From: an uncultured Fodinibius sp.
GTDB taxonomy: Bacteria > Bacteroidota > Rhodothermia > Balneolales > Balneolaceae
NCBI GenBank assembly: GCA_913056235.1
Contig: CAJXMW010000004.1
Coordinates: 334,364-398,363 of the forward strand
Direction: 5' to 3'
Length of the DNA: 64,000 bases
Below are positions 9,903-17,318 of the stretch, piece after piece. The notes beneath the pieces were generated by a model that saw only the letters and a list, made by a program, of their open reading frames with translations, did not search any database and was not told where the DNA came from. Every line of letters begins with the position of its first letter. The stretch's first letter is position 1. The position numbers were made by a program, and so were the translations under genes.

Positions 9903-10090
9903 CACACCCCCTATGTTAAAGCGTACACCCGTACGAATCGACGCTTACAGGCTACAGATGCCGTTTTTAGGGCTTTTAACCCGTACGGTTATTCACTCAG
10001 GGTGTACGGATGAGAACGACCAAAAATGCCGTTTACAGGCTATAAAGCCTGAAATGTACGGGTGTACGGATCAGTTTAGGGGGGTAGGGA
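9903..10090. other. Putative replication origin of the element
   Basis: Inverted 12-mers GTACACCCGTAC (9923-9934) / GTACGGGTGTAC (10056-10067), direct GGGTGTACGGAT (10000-10011, 10060-10071) and ACCCGTACGG (9979-9988), located between the two replication genes. Confidence 0.55.
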
Positions 10091-10099
10091 GGTTTTGCC

Positions 10100-11293
10100 A
10101 TGTTTGATGATAATATTTCCATATTCCGAACCTTCGATTCAGACCCTAAGGCTATCACTTTGGGACGTTGGATTCGTTCTACATTGAACGGGAATAATAC
10201 GTTCGCTAAGCAGGTGCTGAAATATCGAAACACCGGAGACGATAGTCTTAAAAAATCCCTTCCATTAGCGACCGTTGGTGCGTTATGTGAGGATGGCCGA
10301 AAGTTGGAAAATGTGAAAGAGCGCACGGGATGGATAGCCCTTGATATTGATGCCAAAGACAATCCCGAGGTTGAAGATTCAGCAGAGTTGCGGGACAATA
10401 TATCAAAGATTGTTTACGTGGCTTTTGCGGGATTATCAGTTTCAGGCAACGGCGTTTGGGCTTTGGTGAAGGTTGAAGATCCACAGAAGCAAGAGCAATA
10501 TTTCAAACAACTGCAACATGACTTTAAGCACTTTGGTATTGTCCTGGATTCTACAAAAGGTAAAAATCCCAATGATGCACGGTTCTACTCTTATGATCCG
10601 GACGCTGTTATCAGTGAAGATTTTAAGATATATGATCGGTTGCCTAAGAATAAGACTAAGCGCACCGGGAAACCTACCAGGCGAATCAATGCTAACTACT
10701 CATTAAATGATACCCGTGATAAAGTTGAGACTCTTATATCCAAAATTCAGGATCAACGGATAGATATAACTGAAGGTTATGAAAATTGGCGGGATTTGGG
10801 ATTTGCTTTTGAGGATGAATTTGGAGAGCAAGGCCGCGACTATTTTCATGCGATAAGTGAAATGTATCCAGGCTATGATCCCAAAGAATGTGATAGACAG
10901 TTCATAAAATGCGTACGACACCGAGGGAGTGGAATCAGTATAGGCACGTTCTTTTATGAATGTAGAAAGCATGGCATAACACTTGGAAATGATTTGAACG
11001 GCTCTAATGGCGAATATGAAGCCGATAAAAATACCGATTCTGAAAATTCTGCTACTTATGGGATAAATCCCTATACAGGCGAAGTTTTTGACGAACGCGG
11101 TTATCCGGTTGCATGGGATGACATTACACTGGATGAAGATTCACAGGAATATCACGAAGCGACTAAACAAGCTATTAACGATGCTGCACCTGATGAATTA
11201 GAGCAGCTATGCAGACGAGATCCCACAGTTAAGAAATTGATTAATCTTTTTGATGGAGAAGTGAAAACAGCAAGCGATATAATCTTAAACTAA
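10100..11293 (+). CDS. Primase-like protein: BT4734/VirE N-terminal domain + PriCT-2 domain
   Basis: 'LKKSLPLATVG', 'WIALDID', 'SVSGNGVWALV', 'RFYSYDPDA' (BT4734-type); 'YENWRDLGFA...GRDYFHAISEMYPGYDPKECD' (PriCT-2). Confidence 0.85.
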   Translation: MFDDNISIFRTFDSDPKAITLGRWIRSTLNGNNTFAKQVLKYRNTGDDSLKKSLPLATVGALCEDGRKLENVKERTGWIALDIDAKDNPEVEDSAELRDNISKIVYVAFAGLSVSGNGVWALVKVEDPQKQEQYFKQLQHDFKHFGIVLDSTKGKNPNDARFYSYDPDAVISEDFKIYDRLPKNKTKRTGKPTRRINANYSLNDTRDKVETLISKIQDQRIDITEGYENWRDLGFAFEDEFGEQGRDYFHAISEMYPGYDPKECDRQFIKCVRHRGSGISIGTFFYECRKHGITLGNDLNGSNGEYEADKNTDSENSATYGINPYTGEVFDERGYPVAWDDITLDEDSQEYHEATKQAINDAAPDELEQLCRRDPTVKKLINLFDGEVKTASDIILN

Positions 11294-11304
11294 CTACCAA
11301 CACT

Positions 11305-11532
11305 ATGAGTAAACAAAACTATAAAGAAATTGCCCGGGAGATCCTGGACAACAGAGACTTTGAACCGATCCACATAAATATTGCTCCTAAGCACCGCGAA
11401 CGACTCGAAGCAGTAGCCAACGCAATGGACTTGACCGTTCCCGAATGCTGCACATTCATGCTTTATTCCTTCATTAATGATATGGAATTGGCTGCTAAAC
11501 AAGCTGAAATGCAAAATCTTAATCCGAATTAA
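11305..11532 (+). CDS. Small hypothetical protein (possible ribbon-helix-helix DNA binder)
   Basis: 75 aa; 'PIHINIAPKHRERLEAVANAMDLTVPE' has a beta-helix-helix pattern. Confidence 0.5.
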   Translation: MSKQNYKEIAREILDNRDFEPIHINIAPKHRERLEAVANAMDLTVPECCTFMLYSFINDMELAAKQAEMQNLNPN

Positions 11533-11550
11533 TGGCGGGTATCCCTACAT

Positions 11551-11650
11551 ACTACGGGGGTATGGGCGGCATAGCAAATCACCTCCTCGACCCTATAATG
11601 ATAATCGTCCATCCCCGTATTATTCTTTCTTTAAGAAAACCCGAAACAAA
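11551..11650 (+). other. cos-like packaging site
   Basis: GGGGGTATGGGCGGCATAGCAAATC...CCCC...TTTCTTT..AAAACCCGAAA immediately upstream of TerS resembles the cos region layout of HK97-like cos phages. This is pattern recall, not a verified site. Confidence 0.45.
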
Positions 11651-11661
11651 AAAAATAGCTT

Positions 11662-11943
11662 ATGGATCTTTCAGATGAAGCCCAGAAATGGCACGATAAA
11701 ATAAAAAAAGAATACGGCATTCGAGATGAACCTGGATTGCTTTTGCTACAAACGGCGTTTGAAGCGTTCGACGAAATGAGAAAGGCGCAAAAAGAGATGA
11801 ACGGAACCCCTGTTTATACCGACCGTTTCGACCAGCCGAAGCCGCACCCGGCCGCAAAAGAGGCAAGGGCAGCACGTTCCCAGATGTTGAAAGCCTTGAA
11901 AGCTCTTAATTTAGAAATTGATCCTCCTAAAATTGAAAACTGA
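11662..11943 (+). CDS. terS: Phage terminase small subunit, P27 family
   Basis: 'LLLLQTAFEAFDEMRKAQKE...VYTDRFDQPKPHPAAKEARAARSQMLKALKALNL' is the characteristic P27/Terminase_4 pattern. Confidence 0.8.
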   Translation: MDLSDEAQKWHDKIKKEYGIRDEPGLLLLQTAFEAFDEMRKAQKEMNGTPVYTDRFDQPKPHPAAKEARAARSQMLKALKALNLEIDPPKIEN

Positions 11944-11951
11944 TACTGATT

Positions 11952-12254
11952 ATGCGTAAACGAAAACGAAGATCAACCGACCCGAAGGATGAACTTATTG
12001 AGTATGGTAAAAAATGGTTCAATGCTGCATGGGATGGCAATATTGATAAAGCTCTGAAAGCCCGGAAAGATGCTGAAGATGTTTTCAGTGAGCACCCGGA
12101 GTACCTGGAAGAGCCGCCCTACTGCAAAAAGATGTTATACATACATTGGCAGTGGTTTGTCAACTATTTGAAACCAGCAGTAAGAAACCGACTCAATGAA
12201 TTACTACACGAGGGCAAAATGCCGAATGCGTTTGCAGATCCTGATGACTTTTAA
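11952..12254 (+). CDS. Hypothetical protein
   Basis: 100-aa ORF between TerS and the capsid gene with a basic N-terminus (MRKRKRR); no family recognised. Confidence 0.6.
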   Translation: MRKRKRRSTDPKDELIEYGKKWFNAAWDGNIDKALKARKDAEDVFSEHPEYLEEPPYCKKMLYIHWQWFVNYLKPAVRNRLNELLHEGKMPNAFADPDDF

Positions 12255-12277
12255 CGATAACCAACGGGGGAAATATT

Positions 12278-12502
12278 ATGCCGGAAGTAACGAAATTACA
12301 ACTAAGATTAGTAGATCCTGAAACCTTTTTAGATGAATTTTATAAAGCAAAACACGAAACCGGCCTATCGGATAGAAAGGTTTTCGATGTGCTTAATAAA
12401 ATATTCCGAAAGACGTACGGAATCGACAGGTATTCGAGTTATGACTCTTTCCGAGTGGCACGAAATAGACGTATAAATAAAAAATGTAACAATGTTTCAT
12501 AA
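12278..12502 (+). CDS. Hypothetical protein (possible late-gene regulator)
   Basis: 74 aa with RBS-like GGGGA upstream; C-terminal 'RYSSYDSFRVARNR'. Confidence 0.55.
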   Translation: MPEVTKLQLRLVDPETFLDEFYKAKHETGLSDRKVFDVLNKIFRKTYGIDRYSSYDSFRVARNRRINKKCNNVS

Positions 12503-12579
12503 ATGGCCTATGCGCTTCATAAAGGGCATTTTATGGGGTATCTTTAAGTAGTACAAATTTAAACGAAACGCCCGTTATT

Positions 12580-13833
12580 ATGGACAAAGAAAACATAAAC
12601 AGACTATTAAATATCGACCCCAGCAACTTCGATTTTTCGAATATGAAGCTGGCCATTGAAACCCGAGATGAGTTTTTGCAAGCCATTGATAAACTTTCGA
12701 ATAATGGAGGCAATCCGGATCAAATAAATTCATTAGTTGCGAAAGCTAACCTTTTCGATTCAAAGATTGAAGCCCGTAAGCAAGAGGAGCGAAACGGGAT
12801 GCGTGCTGCGGATAACGGTTCGAGCAAATCGTATAGTTTGAAAGGTGGCAAACCGCTGAATGAAGCGGGAAGTATCCGGCTTTACCAGCCTAACCAACGT
12901 ATTGCAAACGATTTTAACAAGCCGCAAGGAACTGGCCGGGACGTGGATTTAGGTTCTTATTTAAGAGCCGTTGTTGACAAGCCCCGCAATGCAGCCGAAC
13001 GGGAGGTAGTTCAAAATTCAGTAACTTCAGGAGATTATGAATTGCCGACTCACATTGCTGCAGAACTCGTGGACAAATTGAGAGCACAGAATCCATTACT
13101 AATGAATAATGGCGCTGGCTCTCGTGTTGTAACCTTAGAAGGCGGAGATACGAAGTTTATAACTATTGACTCGGATATGTCGGCCACCTTCCATGCTGAA
13201 ATGGTAGAAGAGACCCCAGATGACCCTGCATTCGGCTCTAAAACGTTGGCGCCCAGTACATTACTGGCTATGACGGAAATCTCAAACGAGACCCTCCAGG
13301 ATTCTGCAAACATTGAAGAAGCGTTGACAACTTCGTTTGTCGGTGCGATTAATGATGCCATGTTGGATGCAACATTTGCAGCCACAACATCAAATGGACC
13401 GGACGGATTGGGAACTTATGTTACGCAAACGGAAGAGTATTCCAACGGTGGCAACCCAGATTGGAGCCATTTTGTAAACGCAAATAAGACCCTTTTTGAC
13501 AACAATCTTTCAGAGGACGGACGTTCTCATATTTTAGCCCCGGATGTATGGTCAGATTTAACCCTTGCCAAGGACTCGAATGGTAGATACCAGGATGCAC
13601 CCAGTGGAATACGAGATATTCCCAATTTTACAACATCTGGCGTTCCTACCGGTGAAGCGTATGCCGGGGATTTTGAAAACGTAATTTATGGGATGCGTCT
13701 TGAAATTAACATTCGACGGTATCCTTCAGCAGCGGCAAAGAGTTACGGGACGTTATTCGTTGCAGCAATGAGATACGATTTAGCCGTATTCCGACCGAAC
13801 GCACTTGTTCGAATTGAAGAAGCTACGGCTTAA
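12580..13833 (+). CDS. Major capsid protein, HK97 fold, with N-terminal delta/scaffold-like segment
   Basis: 'GDYELPTHIAAELVDKLRAQNPLL', 'AMTEISNETLQDS', 'LAKDSNGRY', 'AYAGDFENV' and 'MRYDLAVFRPNALVRI' follow the HK97-family MCP pattern; the first ~100 aa are helical. Confidence 0.9.
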   Translation: MDKENINRLLNIDPSNFDFSNMKLAIETRDEFLQAIDKLSNNGGNPDQINSLVAKANLFDSKIEARKQEERNGMRAADNGSSKSYSLKGGKPLNEAGSIRLYQPNQRIANDFNKPQGTGRDVDLGSYLRAVVDKPRNAAEREVVQNSVTSGDYELPTHIAAELVDKLRAQNPLLMNNGAGSRVVTLEGGDTKFITIDSDMSATFHAEMVEETPDDPAFGSKTLAPSTLLAMTEISNETLQDSANIEEALTTSFVGAINDAMLDATFAATTSNGPDGLGTYVTQTEEYSNGGNPDWSHFVNANKTLFDNNLSEDGRSHILAPDVWSDLTLAKDSNGRYQDAPSGIRDIPNFTTSGVPTGEAYAGDFENVIYGMRLEINIRRYPSAAAKSYGTLFVAAMRYDLAVFRPNALVRIEEATA

Positions 13834-13910
13834 TAATTCCCCCGTGCGCACCTTTGACGTGGCGTTTGCGCTTGATTCATCATCTGCGTGTTTATCCATG
13901 GTGCGCTTGC

Positions 13911-13958
13911 ATGCCCCACCGGTTTACTTTCAAGTTTACGGTGGGGCATTTTATTTTT
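13911..13958 (+). terminator. Rho-independent terminator after the capsid gene
   Basis: Perfect 11-bp stem ATGCCCCACCG / CGGTGGGGCAT followed by TTTATTTTT. Confidence 0.75.
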
Positions 13959-13975
13959 AGCCTTGACTAACAATT

Positions 13976-14116
13976 ATGAAAACGCAAAGAGTAGAACGCA
14001 GGATCTTATTTCTGGAAGAGCGTATCCAACGAGCACGGAAAGCCGGGAAAGATACCAGCGAACTAAGGAAACAGCGGAAACAGGCTATTCAGTATTTGAA
14101 CCGCCTGAACGAGTAA
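13976..14116 (+). CDS. Small basic coiled-coil protein, 46 aa (not in ORF track)
   Basis: MKTQRVERRILFLEERIQRARKAGKDTSELRKQRKQAIQYLNRLNE, translated by hand; A/T-rich leader like the other element genes. Confidence 0.5.
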   Translation: MKTQRVERRILFLEERIQRARKAGKDTSELRKQRKQAIQYLNRLNE

Positions 14117-14240
14117 TAGTAAACCCCTTTAATTTTTTTTTAGGCTCTTAGAATCCAATTATGAAAGCCGTTTAAAGCTAACTGATAGGGATTTTTAGAA
14201 ATAGCCTTCACAGTAATATGTGAGGGTTTTATGATGCCAA

Positions 14241-14510
14241 TTACAGAAAAAATTGCAGATAAACTGATATTGCAACTAATATTACATTTAATAAAGTCAT
14301 GACCGCTATACACCAAGTCATAATTTTAATATTCTTGCTGACTTGATAACTTTTGGCTAAAATTTTCAAATTAATTGCCCGTTGTGGATCTTTTTCAGTG
14401 TTAACCGGAAATTTTCTCAATTCTTTAGATAAGGTCGGTAATGAAATTTTGTCTTGAAGAACTTTCTTAAACAGCTCCTTGAGTTTCTTATCATATCTGT
14501 CGTATGACAT
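14241..14510 (-). CDS. Small protein with C-terminal transmembrane helix (accessory cargo)
   Basis: 89 aa with hydrophobic tail 'IMTWCIAVMTLLNVILVAISVYLQFFL'; the only antisense gene in the element; AT-rich. Confidence 0.65.
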   Translation of the reverse strand: MSYDRYDKKLKELFKKVLQDKISLPTLSKELRKFPVNTEKDPQRAINLKILAKSYQVSKNIKIMTWCIAVMTLLNVILVAISVYLQFFL

Positions 14511-14685
14511 AACAATAGATTTTATTTAAAATAGAAACCTAATATTAGTAAGACTGACAAGAGAGACAATCCTTACAATTTGTTAGCACAATGTTAAAAG
14601 ACTCTTGTCTTAATTGGCAGGGGCTTTTTTATGGAATAGCACTTCTTTTCTAAATTAATATAAAAAAGGCAGTTATAACCTTATA

Positions 14686-14707
14686 TGTTTGTACCCTTAT
14701 TTGTACC
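14686..14707. promoter_or_regulatory. Putative integrase arm-type sites, right
   Basis: TGTTTGTACC (14686-14695) and TTTGTACC (14700-14707), matching the left-end motif. Confidence 0.55.
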
Positions 14708-14750
14708 ATAAAAGATAAGTGTATGGCACACAAGGATTTACAGTAATGAG

Positions 14751-14764
14751 AGTGGGTGCTACTG
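14751..14764. repeat. att core, right copy (AGTGGGTGCTACTG)
   Basis: Identical to 6043-6056; overlaps the tRNA acceptor and T stems. Confidence 0.85.
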
Positions 14765-14827
14765 GATTCGAACCAGTGACCTCTACCGTGTCGGGGTAGC
14801 GCTCTAAACCAACTGAGCTAAGCACCC
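14753..14827 (-). tRNA. tRNA-Val(GAC); CCA not encoded
   Basis: Minus-strand sequence GGGTGCT TA GCTC AGTTGGTTTA GAGC G CTACC CCGACAC GGTAG AGGTC ACTGG TTCGAAT CCAGT AGCACCC A folds as a full cloverleaf with anticodon GAC. Confidence 0.95.
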
Positions 14828-15023
14828 AAAAAGTCAATATGTGAACTTGGTCTATTGTCTTTCCCAAGAGCGCCTAATATACAGATATTTCACTCAGGAT
14901 AGCAAGGAATGATTCGTCCTGCGGATTATCATTTTTTCTTAAAAACTGAGTGCCTTTTTTCTTTCAGCTGTAAGGCAGGTTTTGTATTTTGAGGATTCTC
15001 AAAAACGGCAAGAAATTTCAACA

Positions 15024-15488
15024 ATGGCTCAACGCAGAGAAGCACGGGAAGCGGTCTTACAGGCACTGTATGCCAATGAGATTGGTGAAGGTAAATGGAC
15101 CAATATCGTTAAAGCAGTTATCAAGCCACGTCTGGCTGATGATAAGAATACGTTTAAATTCGCAGAACGACTGTTCCTTAAAGTAGTCAATAATCAGGAA
15201 ACAGTAGATGAGGTTATGCAGGCTCATCTCAATAATTGGCGCGTAGATCGGTTAATGACCATCGACCGGCAGTTGCTGCGGATGGCGATCACTGAGTTTC
15301 TGTTTTTTGATCAGATCCCTACCAAGGTTACCATTAACGAGGCCATTGAAATTTCCAAGAAATTTTCTACCAAAAAATCTGGTAACTTCATCAACGGAAT
15401 ACTTGATTCGGCACTGGAACAGCTCCAGAAAGATGGCCGAATTGAAAAGAAGGGGCGGGGACGCATTGAAACCTCTCTTAATTCATAG
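15024..15488 (+). CDS. nusB: Transcription antitermination factor NusB
   Basis: 'RREAREAVLQALY', 'NWRVDRLMTIDRQLLRMAITE', 'PTKVTINEAIEISKKF' and 'FINGILD'. Confidence 0.95.
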   Translation: MAQRREAREAVLQALYANEIGEGKWTNIVKAVIKPRLADDKNTFKFAERLFLKVVNNQETVDEVMQAHLNNWRVDRLMTIDRQLLRMAITEFLFFDQIPTKVTINEAIEISKKFSTKKSGNFINGILDSALEQLQKDGRIEKKGRGRIETSLNS

Positions 15489-15500
15489 GCTATTTCAGCA

Positions 15501-16169
15501 GTGAGTGAACAAAAATTTATAGCCATTGGCGACATTCACGGATGTCTGGAGTCGATGGAGGCGATACTTGAAAAGCTAAAGCCCTATTACGACCGCCAGT
15601 TTGTATTTGTAGGCGATTACATCGATCGAGGTCCCAGCTCTAAGCAAGTGGTCGACTATCTGCTTGATTTCCAAAAAAAGGTAGACTGCGTGTTTTTACG
15701 CGGCAACCACGAGCAGATGCTTTTGGATGCCTTTAATCGCAATAAGGTGAACCTTTGGATGATGAATGGCGGCCGTGAGACTTTAGAGTCATATGGTCTC
15801 TCGAAGGATGATCAAAGCTTGCCAAAAGAGCATGAAGAATTTTACAATAATACCCGGTTTTATTACAACACTGATGACTACTTCTTTGTGCATGCCGGTA
15901 TATCGCCAGGTAAAACCATCGCCCAAAGTCTTGACGATGAGGATGAAGTACATGAATTTTTGTGGGAGCGTTCTCATTTAAATGCTTTTGAGACCCCTTG
16001 GGAAAAGACGGTGGTCTTTGGTCATACGCCCCGCCCAAAACCTTTAAAACGTAATAAGATGCTTGGTATTGATACCGGCTGCGTTTATGACCGTATAGGA
16101 TATGGTAAGTTGACGGCTGTGAAGCTTCCTGAAGAGGAGTTTATTCAGCAACCTTGTCTCGATATGTGA
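15501..16169 (+). CDS. Metallophosphoesterase (Ser/Thr protein phosphatase family)
   Basis: Motifs 'GDIHG', 'GDYIDRG', 'RGNHE', 'VHAG', 'FGHTP' and 'IDTGC'. Confidence 0.9.
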   Translation: MSEQKFIAIGDIHGCLESMEAILEKLKPYYDRQFVFVGDYIDRGPSSKQVVDYLLDFQKKVDCVFLRGNHEQMLLDAFNRNKVNLWMMNGGRETLESYGLSKDDQSLPKEHEEFYNNTRFYYNTDDYFFVHAGISPGKTIAQSLDDEDEVHEFLWERSHLNAFETPWEKTVVFGHTPRPKPLKRNKMLGIDTGCVYDRIGYGKLTAVKLPEEEFIQQPCLDM

Positions 16170-16212
16170 TTCCAAGAATTATAGTTATAAAATTTTTAGA
16201 ACTGTTTAGTTT

Positions 16213-17307
16213 ATGAGTTTACGCTGTGGAATTGTTGGACTGCCTAATGTGGGCAAGTCCACACTTTTTAATGCCTTGAGTGATGCCGGCGCCGATGCCG
16301 CAAATTTCCCCTTTTGTACCATTGATCCCAATATTGGGGTCGTACCGGTGCCCGACGAGCGCTTGGAAACGCTGTACGACATCGTGGAGTCCGAAGAAAA
16401 GATTCCCACGAGTGTAGAATTCGTGGATATTGCCGGACTTGTTAAAGGCGCTTCTGAAGGAAAAGGGAAGGGCAATGCCTTTCTTTCGCATATTCGGGAG
16501 GTGGATCTGATTGTTCATGTAGTGCGTTGTTTCGACGATGAAAATGTAGTGCATGTTGAGGGCGATGTCGATCCTACACGGGATGTACACATCATTGAAG
16601 ATGAGCTGATATTGAAGGATTTGGAGTCGGTCGAAAAGAAAGTGGAAAACCTCAAGCGTGAAGCCAAGAGTGGCAAGAAAGAGGATATCAAGAATCTGGA
16701 AACCGCTCAGCGTCTGAAAGAGCATTTGGAAACAGGCAATGCTGCCCGGACTTTTGAGGCCGATGATTCAGAGCAGGAAATTTATCGCGAGCTGTTTCTG
16801 CTGTCAGATAAACCGGTGCTCTATGCTTGCAATGTATCCGAAGACGATTTGCAGAGTGGCAACGAGTGGGTGGAGGAAGTAAAAGAAATTGCAGCCCGTT
16901 TTGATGATGAAGTCGTAACATTTTGTGCCAAAATTGAAGAAGAGATCGCTGAACTCGATGAAGAGGAAAAGCAGGCCTTCTTGGAAGAACTGGGTGTAGA
17001 AAGCGGTGGGCTGGAACGGTTGATTCGAGCAGCTTATAAAGAACTTGGCCTAATTACTTACTTCACCGTAGGACCTAAGGAAACACGTGCCTGGACGGTT
17101 AGAAAAGGCGCTAAAGCACCCGAAGCGGCCGGGGTAATACACAGCGATTTTGAGCGTGGGTTTATCCGTGCTGAGACGGTCAGTTATGAGAAATACAAAG
17201 AGCTGGGATCCGAGAAGGCTGTCAAAAATGCTGGTGAGATGCGCCAGGAAGGAAAAGACTACGTCGTCCAGGACGGAGACGTAATGCTTTTCCGTTTTAA
17301 TGTCTGA
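16213..17307 (+). CDS. ychF: Ribosome-binding ATPase YchF
   Basis: 'GIVGLPNVGKSTLFNAL', 'ANFPFCTIDPN', 'DIAGLVKGAS' and 'YVVQDGDVMLFRFNV'. Confidence 0.97.
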   Translation: MSLRCGIVGLPNVGKSTLFNALSDAGADAANFPFCTIDPNIGVVPVPDERLETLYDIVESEEKIPTSVEFVDIAGLVKGASEGKGKGNAFLSHIREVDLIVHVVRCFDDENVVHVEGDVDPTRDVHIIEDELILKDLESVEKKVENLKREAKSGKKEDIKNLETAQRLKEHLETGNAARTFEADDSEQEIYRELFLLSDKPVLYACNVSEDDLQSGNEWVEEVKEIAARFDDEVVTFCAKIEEEIAELDEEEKQAFLEELGVESGGLERLIRAAYKELGLITYFTVGPKETRAWTVRKGAKAPEAAGVIHSDFERGFIRAETVSYEKYKELGSEKAVKNAGEMRQEGKDYVVQDGDVMLFRFNV

Positions 17308-17318
17308 CGCAATAACAC

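Larger units (their letters stand above)
6043..14764 (+). mobile_element. Integrated phage satellite-like element (about 8.7 kb) at tRNA-Val(GAC)
   Basis: Flanking 14-bp direct repeats, integrase next to the att site, xis-like HTH, replication genes, TerS and major capsid gene. It looks more AT-rich than its flanks by eye. Confidence 0.9.

Noticed and set aside
11477-11704. 75-aa ORF overlapping the cos-like region and TerS start
   Set aside because: It overlaps two better-supported genes and has low-complexity translation; most likely a shadow ORF.
13888-14151. 87-aa ORF from the track
   Set aside because: It runs through the terminator hairpin; the 46-aa ORF in another frame has a more plausible start and composition.
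6043-14764. Calling the element a complete prophage or a cf-PICI
   Set aside because: No portal, large terminase, prohead protease, head-tail connector, tail or lysis gene is recognisable, and there is no space for them between the att repeats.
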